From Oceanispirochaeta sp. (GTDB taxonomy: Bacteria > Spirochaetota > Spirochaetia > DSM-2461): 64,000 nucleotides of DNA. The stretch lies in NCBI GenBank assembly GCA_963663385.2, contig CAXXXD010000002.1, positions 1,024,001 to 1,088,000 on the forward strand, in the 5' to 3' direction. The translations under genes were made by a program, and so were the position numbers. The notes under the pieces are model-generated. The model ran no database searches and was not told where the DNA came from. It saw only the letters and a program-made list of their open reading frames with translations. Numbering within the stretch: position 1 is the stretch's first letter; each line of letters starts with the position of its first letter. Of the stretch, positions 47,838 to 55,716 are shown in pieces.

Positions 47838-47872
47838 GCACTTATGATACAGCAACTACACTCAGAGTGCAA
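47837..47872 (-). promoter_or_regulatory. sRNA promoter with two overlapping putative TetR operators
   Basis: TTGCAC (47867-47872)-17-TATCAT (47844-47849); TACAC-TCAGA-GTGCA at 47857-47871 and TGCAC-TTATG-ATACA at 47837-47851. Confidence 0.7.
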
Positions 47873-47888
47873 TTGCTTTTTTGATAAA

Positions 47889-49337
47889 TTAGAAATTGTA
47901 GGATACAGTGAATTCTACAAAATCATTTTCATCATACTGGCCGAAAAGGGTATCCTCGTCGCCCCCGAAAAAACGGGCTGCCATTCCCAGGGTGAAATCA
48001 TCAACCGGTGAGTATTCGATGGAAGGATAAATCCCATAATCAGAGTCTTCAAAATGATAGAATGTGATCAGTTCCGCTTCCAGTTTTTCGTGAAGGTATT
48101 TATCCGATACGGCGAAGATCAGAAGGTTCTCTGTGTATTCCTTATCTTCATCATACTCAATATCACCCAGCCCAATCTCATTTGAATTCAGAGTGAGGGT
48201 TCCCGCTTCCTGAATATTGATGTTCAGGTTACTTACAGGAATGTCTCTGTCAAATCCTGCCACCCACTTAATACTGTTGTTATGAACATCTGTCTTATTT
48301 CCGTCAAAGTCTTCGGTCAAATTGCAGGCAAATTCACCCTTCAGGTTAAATTCGGCCAATATACAGGCCGCTTCAACGCCGAAGGTCTGCATGGGGTCGT
48401 ATTCAAACCAGTAGTTAATCGTGTCCACACCATCAAAGGCGTAATTGAAACTGGGGAGTTTGTTGTAACCGTAGTAGTAGGTGAATCCGTAGTCCAGACC
48501 GCCGGCGGTTGACGTATAATGCATAGCTCCCTGACCATAATCAAATGTATTGATGTCGGATCCGGCAAGAGCCGTTATGCTGGGTGTTACCACAGCACCG
48601 GTCTGTGCGTAGATGGCGGCTGCCGTCTGGGACGCAATCGCCTGCAGTGTCGCGGGGAGCTCAACTTTGGTATTCAGGGGCTGCCAGATGCCCGCTTCTG
48701 CATAACTGTAGGGAGTCAGTGTGGGAACATAGGCCAGTTCCAGCATACCGGACATCCCCAGGGGAACATTAACCTTGAGCATCAGTTCGGGATCGATCAT
48801 CTCCATATAGTCGGGGATGAGGAATTCGCTCAGATTGACGCTGTTCAGAACATCTACCACATGGAACTCATCAGCTTTTCCCCAGACGACTTTCATATAT
48901 CCCGCTTCGAAGTTCATCTTCTCACCGAAATACTGTCCATAGGCTTCGTTGACAGTCACCACGGAATCCCGTTCGCTTCCAGTCATTTCGGGGGTGATAT
49001 CAACATCGGTAACGACTTTGAAATCACTTCCTTCATAGGTAAAACTGAGATTGGCTGCAATAGAGGTTTCCATCTGATCCAGACCGGCTTCTCTGTCGGC
49101 CATATCATCCCTTGCATCTTCAGAGGCAAAAGCTCTTACAGAAGTGGTTACTCCTCCGTTTACTTCAACGGCGGCAGTGTTCTCATCACCAAAGGCGGAA
49201 TCTCCAAAGGCAGAGTCGCCAAAGCCGAAGTCTTCTGATTCGGAGTCTTCGAACCCCGATGTGAAGAAGGAATCATCGGCCCGGAGACCGGTGCTCAGAA
49301 CCAGTGATGCTGTTAACAGTACCAGTATTTTTTTCAT
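47889..49337 (-). CDS. Outer-membrane beta-barrel protein of an MMPL/LolA-like transport operon (DUF1302-like)
   Basis: Signal peptide; acidic Phe-rich N-tail; NEAY...GYMKVVWGKAD...VDVLN; C-terminal FTVSYNF. Confidence 0.7.
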   Translation of the reverse strand: MKKILVLLTASLVLSTGLRADDSFFTSGFEDSESEDFGFGDSAFGDSAFGDENTAAVEVNGGVTTSVRAFASEDARDDMADREAGLDQMETSIAANLSFTYEGSDFKVVTDVDITPEMTGSERDSVVTVNEAYGQYFGEKMNFEAGYMKVVWGKADEFHVVDVLNSVNLSEFLIPDYMEMIDPELMLKVNVPLGMSGMLELAYVPTLTPYSYAEAGIWQPLNTKVELPATLQAIASQTAAAIYAQTGAVVTPSITALAGSDINTFDYGQGAMHYTSTAGGLDYGFTYYYGYNKLPSFNYAFDGVDTINYWFEYDPMQTFGVEAACILAEFNLKGEFACNLTEDFDGNKTDVHNNSIKWVAGFDRDIPVSNLNINIQEAGTLTLNSNEIGLGDIEYDEDKEYTENLLIFAVSDKYLHEKLEAELITFYHFEDSDYGIYPSIEYSPVDDFTLGMAARFFGGDEDTLFGQYDENDFVEFTVSYNF

Positions 49338-49339
49338 TC

Positions 49340-50110
49340 CTATCTCCCTGTGTTCAGAAACTGGGTTGTAAACATATTGCTGTTAACAGGTTTATCGAAT
49401 TCTACATTCAGTACTTTCATCTCTGTAGCGTGGCCGTTCTGAACATTATCAATACGGGTCAGGATGGGAGTCCAGTGACCGTCAATGTTTTTAAGCTGTT
49501 TAACCGACATTACCTTGTAGAGATTCTCCTGCTTGTCGTACATCTCGATTTTAACGGGGGTCCAGGTTTCCTTGTCGAACCAGGTCAGACGGTAGGCATA
49601 CTGGGAATCGGCAGGATCCACGGCTTTGCCTTTTACTACGTAACAGTTCCATTCGGAAAATGATTCTTCCCGGATCAGTTCGTGTGTGTCCCGGTCAAGA
49701 TCACGGGTTTCCATATCGTCATAGGAGGCATCAGAACCCATAAAAGACTTGCTGCCGTCAGAAGTAGAGATCCGGCGGACCCTTTTCATGGCAGGCAGGT
49801 AAATCCATTTGTCATCGGCTCTGTCTTCATTCTGTACCTGCAGGAACCGTGTGTTTTTTACACTGGCGGGGCTTCTGAAAACCATTATGCTGCTGGCAAG
49901 GTCGTTCTCTTCCATACCCCACTGTTCGATCATTCTGGAGGAAACATTTCCTCCCTCTTCAATCAGGTCCATCTGCAGGGCCATATGGGTTGTATCAGGT
50001 TTGTCCCTGTTGTCATAGTTCCGGGCTACTTCAAGGCCGGTTATGGCAAATAGGGAAGGTGATACCAGCAGCAGGGCCAGTCCTGTTAAATTACTTATTG
50101 TCCTTTTCAT
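49340..50110 (-). CDS. LolA-like outer-membrane lipoprotein-sorting family protein
   Basis: FRSPASVKNTRFL, WIYLPAMKRVRRI, FMGSDASYDD; located between MMPL and OMP genes. Confidence 0.8.
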   Translation of the reverse strand: MKRTISNLTGLALLLVSPSLFAITGLEVARNYDNRDKPDTTHMALQMDLIEEGGNVSSRMIEQWGMEENDLASSIMVFRSPASVKNTRFLQVQNEDRADDKWIYLPAMKRVRRISTSDGSKSFMGSDASYDDMETRDLDRDTHELIREESFSEWNCYVVKGKAVDPADSQYAYRLTWFDKETWTPVKIEMYDKQENLYKVMSVKQLKNIDGHWTPILTRIDNVQNGHATEMKVLNVEFDKPVNSNMFTTQFLNTGR

Positions 50111-50134
50111 AATAATCCTCCGGATTTATTTTTT

Positions 50135-50324
50135 ACCCTTTCCCTGCCCTCTCCCGGAAGGAGAGGGTTCAAGAAGAAGTAATATATGCTTTGTTTTTCT
50201 CCCCTCTCCCTCCGGGAGAGGGGCTGGGGGTGAGGGCCTCTGTTCAAGGCCCCTCTCAGTCTCCCCGAAGGGGAGATGCAATCTGTTGTCAGCTCCCCTC
50301 CTACGGAGGGGACGGGGGAGGTCC
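50135..50324. repeat. Two tandem BoxC-like elements (type 2 then type 1) inside the operon
   Basis: CCCTCTCCCGGAAGGAGAGGG...CCCCTCTCCCTCCGGGAGAGGGGCTGGGGGTGAGGG, then GTCTCCCCGAAGGGGAGA...CCCCTCCTACGGAGGGGACGGGGGAGGTC. Confidence 0.85.
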
Positions 50325-53075
50325 TTACGCACTCTTCTTCCGTTTTCCCTCGCTGTCTTTTCCTCCCTTTCCGCTTGTATCCCTGCTGATGAATTTCGGT
50401 TTGAAAATATTCAGCAGGGCAGGCAGTACCGTCAGGGCTGCAATGGAAGATGTTCCCATGATGATTGCCACCAGGGCTCCGATAAAACGGAGTACAACAA
50501 ACTTTGAAAAGATGAGTACCAGAAATCCCAGACCTACAGAAACCGCATTTGTAATGATGGCCTTGCCGGACGACATAACAGTTTCTTTCGTTACTGTATC
50601 CAGGTTATCCGACTTGAGCCGTTCAATTTTATAGCGGCTGAGAAAGTGTATGGTGTAGTCTACGCCGACACCAATGGCAATTGAGGCGATAAGGGCTGTT
50701 ATCATATCCAGATTTATCCCTGTTAATCCCATAATTCCAAAGTTGATCAGGATGGCCAGGAAGAGGGGCACAATCCCGTAAAATCCTGCAAAAGGAGACC
50801 GGTAGGCAATGGATACAATCAGGAATACTGCAACAAGGGCTGTGAGAAGGCTTTTGATCTGGGATCCTGTAATCATATCGGTCAATGCTTTTACCAGTTC
50901 CGCAATTCCCGAGTTTTCAATGGTAATGTTATCGGGGAAATGGGCATCGGCATAACTGTTGATATCTTCCAGAATCTCGGCGCAGACTGCTGTATCGGAT
51001 ACTTTCAGCTGTACGAGCATTCTAACCTGTGTGGGTTCCAGAGAATCATCGGAGAACTTGTCCAGTGAGCCTGAGTAGAGAAGCAGGTACTGGGAGATCA
51101 GGTTTTTCAGTTCCTCATTGGAGGCGGCAGGATACTTGGAAAGATCCGTGGGGATTTCGTAATAGGCTTTTCCTCTGACATTAAAAGCTTTTTCAACTTC
51201 GCTGGTCAGATCCGCAATGGTAAAATTGCCGTCTCCATTTTCATTAACCACCTTTCTGGCCAGGTCGATAAGGGTGGCCCATGTCAGGTCATCTGTCATG
51301 GAAAGGGGCTCGAAGGTCACAGGCGAGGCTTCCGTCAGTTCTTCGCTGTCATCGCCGAAGAAGGAACCTGAGTCAGAATCATCATCACTGAAGAAGGATG
51401 AGTTCCCCTCGCTGTCATCGCTGAAAAAGGACCCTGAATCAGAGTTGTCATCGCCGAAGAAGGAACCGGCTTCTACACTTTCGTAGTCGTCATAGCTTCC
51501 AAAATCCTCAGAACCCTCTTCTACGGGAAAATTCATTACCTGATTCATCCTCTTGATGAAATCGGCATATGTCATGATTTTCCCGATATCTGGATGGGTT
51601 GTCAAAAGATGCTTTTTCAGGTTATCCATCTCATTCAGAACCAGGGGATCAATCACATCACCGGGATTTTCCCCTTTTACAACAATGTTGAATGTGTTGG
51701 TTCCGGCGAAATGATCAGAGATATAGTCGGCATTAACCCGTAGAGAGGAATCCTTGGGAAAGTAGTCGATCAGGGCGCTTTCGATATTCATCTGAGTCAG
51801 CCCGTAAGCGGAGATAAGTACGATAGCTATTGTAATAACTAGAATCCCCGTTCTATGGCTGGATAATCTGTTATAAACCGCTTCCATTCTTTTATGAGAG
51901 TGGTCTTCTCTTTTCTTTATCTTGGCCTCCAGAGCAGATTTATCCTTAAGGACTTCCCTGTCTTTATAGGAGATGATCATCAGAGCCGGAATAAAGGTAA
52001 GAGAAAGAACTAAAGCTATCACCGTACCGATTGTTGAAAAAAGACCGAATGTCTTGAGAGGAACAATGGGGCTGGTTATGATGGAGGAAAAACCGACAAT
52101 CGTCGTAAATCCGGCCAGCAGAACAGGTTCCAGAACCAGATTCACTGAGGAAATTACTATTTCCTTATGCTCCTGAACGGAAACCCTTTTTTTCTGATTG
52201 CGCATGTCCGTGTAGTAATGGGTCATTACATGGATACCGTACGCGCTGCCGATTGCAATAATCAGTACGGGCAGACAGGTTGATACAATACTGAAAGCCA
52301 CATCGAAAAGAGCCATGATTCCTACGGTCCAGATTGTCGTAATCATTACGGTTATCATGGGAAGCAGAGTTCCTCCCAGGCGATGGAAGGCGAAGTAGAG
52401 GCTTAACAGAAGTACAAGCAGTACCAGCGGGATAAGGGCTGTCAGGTCTGCTATCATGAAAATCTCAGCATCGTGGGAGATAACAGGATCTCCGGCAACA
52501 CGGATGTCCAGCCAGTCGTAGTTTACAGAATATTCGACAATCCCGTCATAGATGGCATTTTTTTCCGCATGATTGGCATCCTTGTTTACTACAACCAGAA
52601 TCTGAGTCGATTTAAAGTCTCTGGAATAAAGGCTGTTTTCATACATGTCCGGCCAATCCAGAAGGTTGGTTTTCAGCTGAGCCAGCTCTTCCTCTGTTCC
52701 TGTAAAATCGTCTCTGATAAGGGGTTCGACAATCATACCTTCCGATGAACCATCAGGAAAATCCGTATTCAGTATGGATGTAAGGTCATCAACTACCGGA
52801 TTGGCTTCCAGAATTTCAGAAATTTCCCGTATCGCCTGGATCGTTCTGTTGTTGAGAAAGGTTCCATCCTTTTCGGTGATGCAGATATCAAACATGATCT
52901 GACTTTCATACACATCGTCCAGTGCTTTCATCCTTATATAGGAATCATGGTCTTCGGGGAAAAACGCAAGGACATCATTATCCAATACAACTTCAGGGAT
53001 TTGAATCCCCATAAACACTGTAACAGCCAGTACGATTAAAATTATAATCCATGGCTTTTTTAAAATATTCTTCAC
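50325..53075 (-). CDS. RND superfamily/MMPL transporter
   Basis: Two repeats of a large periplasmic loop plus TM bundle; IAIGSAYGIH and IAIGVGVDYTIH; GTG start. Confidence 0.9.
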   Translation of the reverse strand: MKNILKKPWIIILIVLAVTVFMGIQIPEVVLDNDVLAFFPEDHDSYIRMKALDDVYESQIMFDICITEKDGTFLNNRTIQAIREISEILEANPVVDDLTSILNTDFPDGSSEGMIVEPLIRDDFTGTEEELAQLKTNLLDWPDMYENSLYSRDFKSTQILVVVNKDANHAEKNAIYDGIVEYSVNYDWLDIRVAGDPVISHDAEIFMIADLTALIPLVLLVLLLSLYFAFHRLGGTLLPMITVMITTIWTVGIMALFDVAFSIVSTCLPVLIIAIGSAYGIHVMTHYYTDMRNQKKRVSVQEHKEIVISSVNLVLEPVLLAGFTTIVGFSSIITSPIVPLKTFGLFSTIGTVIALVLSLTFIPALMIISYKDREVLKDKSALEAKIKKREDHSHKRMEAVYNRLSSHRTGILVITIAIVLISAYGLTQMNIESALIDYFPKDSSLRVNADYISDHFAGTNTFNIVVKGENPGDVIDPLVLNEMDNLKKHLLTTHPDIGKIMTYADFIKRMNQVMNFPVEEGSEDFGSYDDYESVEAGSFFGDDNSDSGSFFSDDSEGNSSFFSDDDSDSGSFFGDDSEELTEASPVTFEPLSMTDDLTWATLIDLARKVVNENGDGNFTIADLTSEVEKAFNVRGKAYYEIPTDLSKYPAASNEELKNLISQYLLLYSGSLDKFSDDSLEPTQVRMLVQLKVSDTAVCAEILEDINSYADAHFPDNITIENSGIAELVKALTDMITGSQIKSLLTALVAVFLIVSIAYRSPFAGFYGIVPLFLAILINFGIMGLTGINLDMITALIASIAIGVGVDYTIHFLSRYKIERLKSDNLDTVTKETVMSSGKAIITNAVSVGLGFLVLIFSKFVVLRFIGALVAIIMGTSSIAALTVLPALLNIFKPKFISRDTSGKGGKDSEGKRKKSA
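51348..51467 (-). repeat. Coding 33-bp tandem repeat, four units
   Basis: Encodes GSFFGDDNSDS-GSFFSDDSEGN-SSFFSDDDSDS-GSFFGDD. Confidence 0.85.
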
Positions 53076-53112
53076 AGAAACTCCTATAATTTTTTACTTG
53101 TCCGGCAGAGCG

Positions 53113-53179
53113 TGCACTCTTGATTAATAAAATGCACACCCTGTGCAATTAATGTATAAAATAAAATCTAAAAGGTCAA
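53113..53179 (-). promoter_or_regulatory. MMPL operon promoter with tandem putative TetR operators
   Basis: TTGACC (53174-53179)-17-TACATT (53151-53156); perfect TGCAC-ACCCT-GTGCA at 53133-53147 over the TSS; half-site TGCAC at 53113. Confidence 0.75.
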
Positions 53180-53285
53180 CTTTTTCAGGGACTTTTTATA
53201 ATAAAAAAGAAAGACGGAAGGTTGATGCATAAAATAAAAACACAGCCTTCCCGATATTTCTTCATTCTGATATTATCGAATTACT

Positions 53286-54560
53286 ATGCTGGATTTTAAA
53301 TTTATCAAAGACAACCTGGATGCCGTCCGGGAAAATATCAGAAACCGGAATGTTTCCGCCGATCCCGAAAAGGTTGCGGTACTGTACGATCAGAGGAATG
53401 CGGTTCTTCAGGAAATGGAAGATCTTCGCAGGCGGAGAAATGAAAATGCCGGAAAAATGAAGGGGAAGCTGGATCCCGAAATCCGTCAGGGGCTAATTGA
53501 AGAGGGTAAAGTCCTTAAAGAGAAGATTGCTTCAGTGGAAGAAAAGCTGTCTGTTCTGGAAGAGGATCTGAAACAGGCTGCCATGCTGATACCCAATATG
53601 GCCCATCCAGATGCTCCCATCGGTAAAGAGGACAAGGATAATCTGGAACTGCTCCGAAGTGGAGAAGTCCCCCGGTTTTCTTTTAAACCGAAGGACCATG
53701 TGGAGCTGTCCGAGACCCTGGATCTGGTGGATTTTGAAACAGCCGCACGTGTGTCCGGAGCCAAATTCTACTATCTGAAAAATGAAGCTGTTCTGCTTGA
53801 ACTGGCTTTAACCCGTTATGCACTGGATCTGCTCCGTCAGAAGGGGTTCACACTGACGATAACTCCGGATATTGCCCGTGAAGAGATTGCCGAAGGAATC
53901 GGTTTCAATCCCCGGGGGAGCGAATCTAATATCTATACCCTGGAAGGAACGGGTACCTGTCTGGTGGGAACGGCCGAGATAACCCTGGGAGGTTATCATG
54001 CAGGGCAGATGCTGGATCTCTCAAAGGGGCCTATCCTGATGGCAGGAGTATCCCACTGTTTCAGAAGAGAGGCCGGTGCGGCCGGTCAGTACTCCAAAGG
54101 TTTATACCGGGTGCATCAGTTTACCAAAATCGAGATGTTCGCCTACTGTAAAGAGGAAGAATCTGATGATCTGCTGATGAAACTGAGAAGCATTGAAGAG
54201 GAGATTTTCAGCGGTCTGGATATACCATTCCGTGTGGTCGATACCTGTACCGGAGACCTTGGCGGCCCCGCCTACAGAAAGTTCGACCTGGAAGCCTGGA
54301 TGCCCGGACGGGGAGATGAAGGGGACTGGGGGGAAGTAACCAGTACCTCAAACTGTACGGATTATCAGGCCAGACGCCTTGGTATCCGCTATAAAGGGGA
54401 GGACGGGAAAAACCGTTACGCCCATACCCTGAACGGAACGGCCATTGCCATATCCCGTGCCATCATTGCCATTATTGAGAATTTTCAACAGGAAGACGGA
54501 TCTATCCGTATTCCCGAAAAACTGGTTCCCTATATGGGAATGTCAGAAATCAGACGCTGA
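53286..54560 (+). CDS. serS: Serine--tRNA ligase
   Basis: GTAE, CFRREAGA, GLYRVHQFTKIE, EVTSTSNCTDYQARR, TLNGTA. Confidence 0.97.
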   Translation: MLDFKFIKDNLDAVRENIRNRNVSADPEKVAVLYDQRNAVLQEMEDLRRRRNENAGKMKGKLDPEIRQGLIEEGKVLKEKIASVEEKLSVLEEDLKQAAMLIPNMAHPDAPIGKEDKDNLELLRSGEVPRFSFKPKDHVELSETLDLVDFETAARVSGAKFYYLKNEAVLLELALTRYALDLLRQKGFTLTITPDIAREEIAEGIGFNPRGSESNIYTLEGTGTCLVGTAEITLGGYHAGQMLDLSKGPILMAGVSHCFRREAGAAGQYSKGLYRVHQFTKIEMFAYCKEEESDDLLMKLRSIEEEIFSGLDIPFRVVDTCTGDLGGPAYRKFDLEAWMPGRGDEGDWGEVTSTSNCTDYQARRLGIRYKGEDGKNRYAHTLNGTAIAISRAIIAIIENFQQEDGSIRIPEKLVPYMGMSEIRR

Positions 54561-54615
54561 TTGAAACAGGAATATTCTGCCGGGAAAAGACCGTTCCCGG
54601 CTTGAAGGGAGCAGG

Positions 54616-55677
54616 ATGAAAGTCATTGCAGAAATCGGTACCGCTCATCAGGGAGACCTGATGCAGGCGGAAAAGCTAATACGGGAGGCTGCCCGTTCCG
54701 GCGCCGATTGTGCAAAATTTCAGATTGTTTTCGCCCGGGAGATCCTGCATCCGGAAACGGGTATGGTTGAGCTGCCGGGGGGCTCTACCCCTTTGTATAA
54801 AGTCTTTGAAGATCTGGAGAGGGAAGCCCCGTTCTACAGGGATCTGAAAAACCTGACCGAGTCGGAGGGGCTGGAATTCCTGGCCACTCCCTTCGGTCTG
54901 GAGAGTGCGGCTTTGTTGAAGCAGCTGGATCCGCTCTCTGTCAAAATAGCTTCTCCCGAAGTTAATCACTTTCCCCTGCTGGAAGAACTGGCCAGCTGGA
55001 AAAAGCCGCTTATCCTCTCTTCCGGTGTCAGCCGTATGGGAGACCTGGAAGATGCCCTTGATATAATAGGCCGGGAGAATACGACCCTTCTGCACTGCAT
55101 AACCTTCTACCCCGCTCCCGAAGAGGAGTACAACCTCTCCCTGCTGCCACACCTCTCCTCCCTCCTGGGAGTTGAAACGGGAGTCTCCGATCATTCGATG
55201 GATCCGCTTCTGGTTCCGGGGCTGAGTCTGGTGGAAGGGGGCGTTATGGTGGAGAAGCACTTTACCCTCTCACGGAGAGACAGCGGTCTGGACGATCCCA
55301 TTGCTCTGGAACCGGACGGTTTCAGGCTGATGCGGGACTATCTGGATGAACTGGAAGGGCTGCCAGACCGGGAGTCCCGTCTGGAACGGATGGAGAAAGA
55401 CTTTTCCAGAGATAGAATAAAGGCTGTATTAGGATCCGGGCGAAAGGAACTGGCTCCCAGCGAACAGGCTGGATACGGCAGAACCAACCGGAGCATCCAT
55501 GCCCTGCCGGCCCTGCCGGCGGGGACAATCCTGACTGAGAAGAATATGGCCATACTCCGGACTGAGAAAATCCTGAGACCGGGGATTTCCCCGCGCTATT
55601 ATAGATCGATCCTGGGAAAAAAAGTAAAAAGGGATGTGCCGGCAGGAGAGGGGCTCCTCCTGGAAGATCTGGTGTAA
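54616..55677 (+). CDS. N-acetylneuraminate synthase (NeuB/PseI) family protein with SAF domain
   Basis: IAEIGTAHQG, AKFQ, TPF, KIAS, LHC...YP, SDH, EKHFT. Confidence 0.85.
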   Translation: MKVIAEIGTAHQGDLMQAEKLIREAARSGADCAKFQIVFAREILHPETGMVELPGGSTPLYKVFEDLEREAPFYRDLKNLTESEGLEFLATPFGLESAALLKQLDPLSVKIASPEVNHFPLLEELASWKKPLILSSGVSRMGDLEDALDIIGRENTTLLHCITFYPAPEEEYNLSLLPHLSSLLGVETGVSDHSMDPLLVPGLSLVEGGVMVEKHFTLSRRDSGLDDPIALEPDGFRLMRDYLDELEGLPDRESRLERMEKDFSRDRIKAVLGSGRKELAPSEQAGYGRTNRSIHALPALPAGTILTEKNMAILRTEKILRPGISPRYYRSILGKKVKRDVPAGEGLLLEDLV

Positions 55678-55716
55678 ATGTTATATCCGGGAAATGGAAC
55701 TGCTTAAGGAGTATAT

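Noticed and set aside
50126..50332. Short Pro/Gly-rich ORFs over the palindromic repeats (also 27460-27735, 44992-45264)
   Set aside because: PSPPAPLPEGEG-type peptides are simply translations of BoxC-like DNA.
51348..51467. 33-bp repeats as a CRISPR array
   Set aside because: Tandem, in-frame, degenerate at synonymous positions; no spacers and no cas genes.
53215..53251. Hairpin GGAAGGTTG...CAGCCTTCC upstream of serS as a T-box or second sRNA
   Set aside because: No T-box consensus or specifier stem, no matching promoter and no complementary target found. No T-box seen before trpS or proS either.
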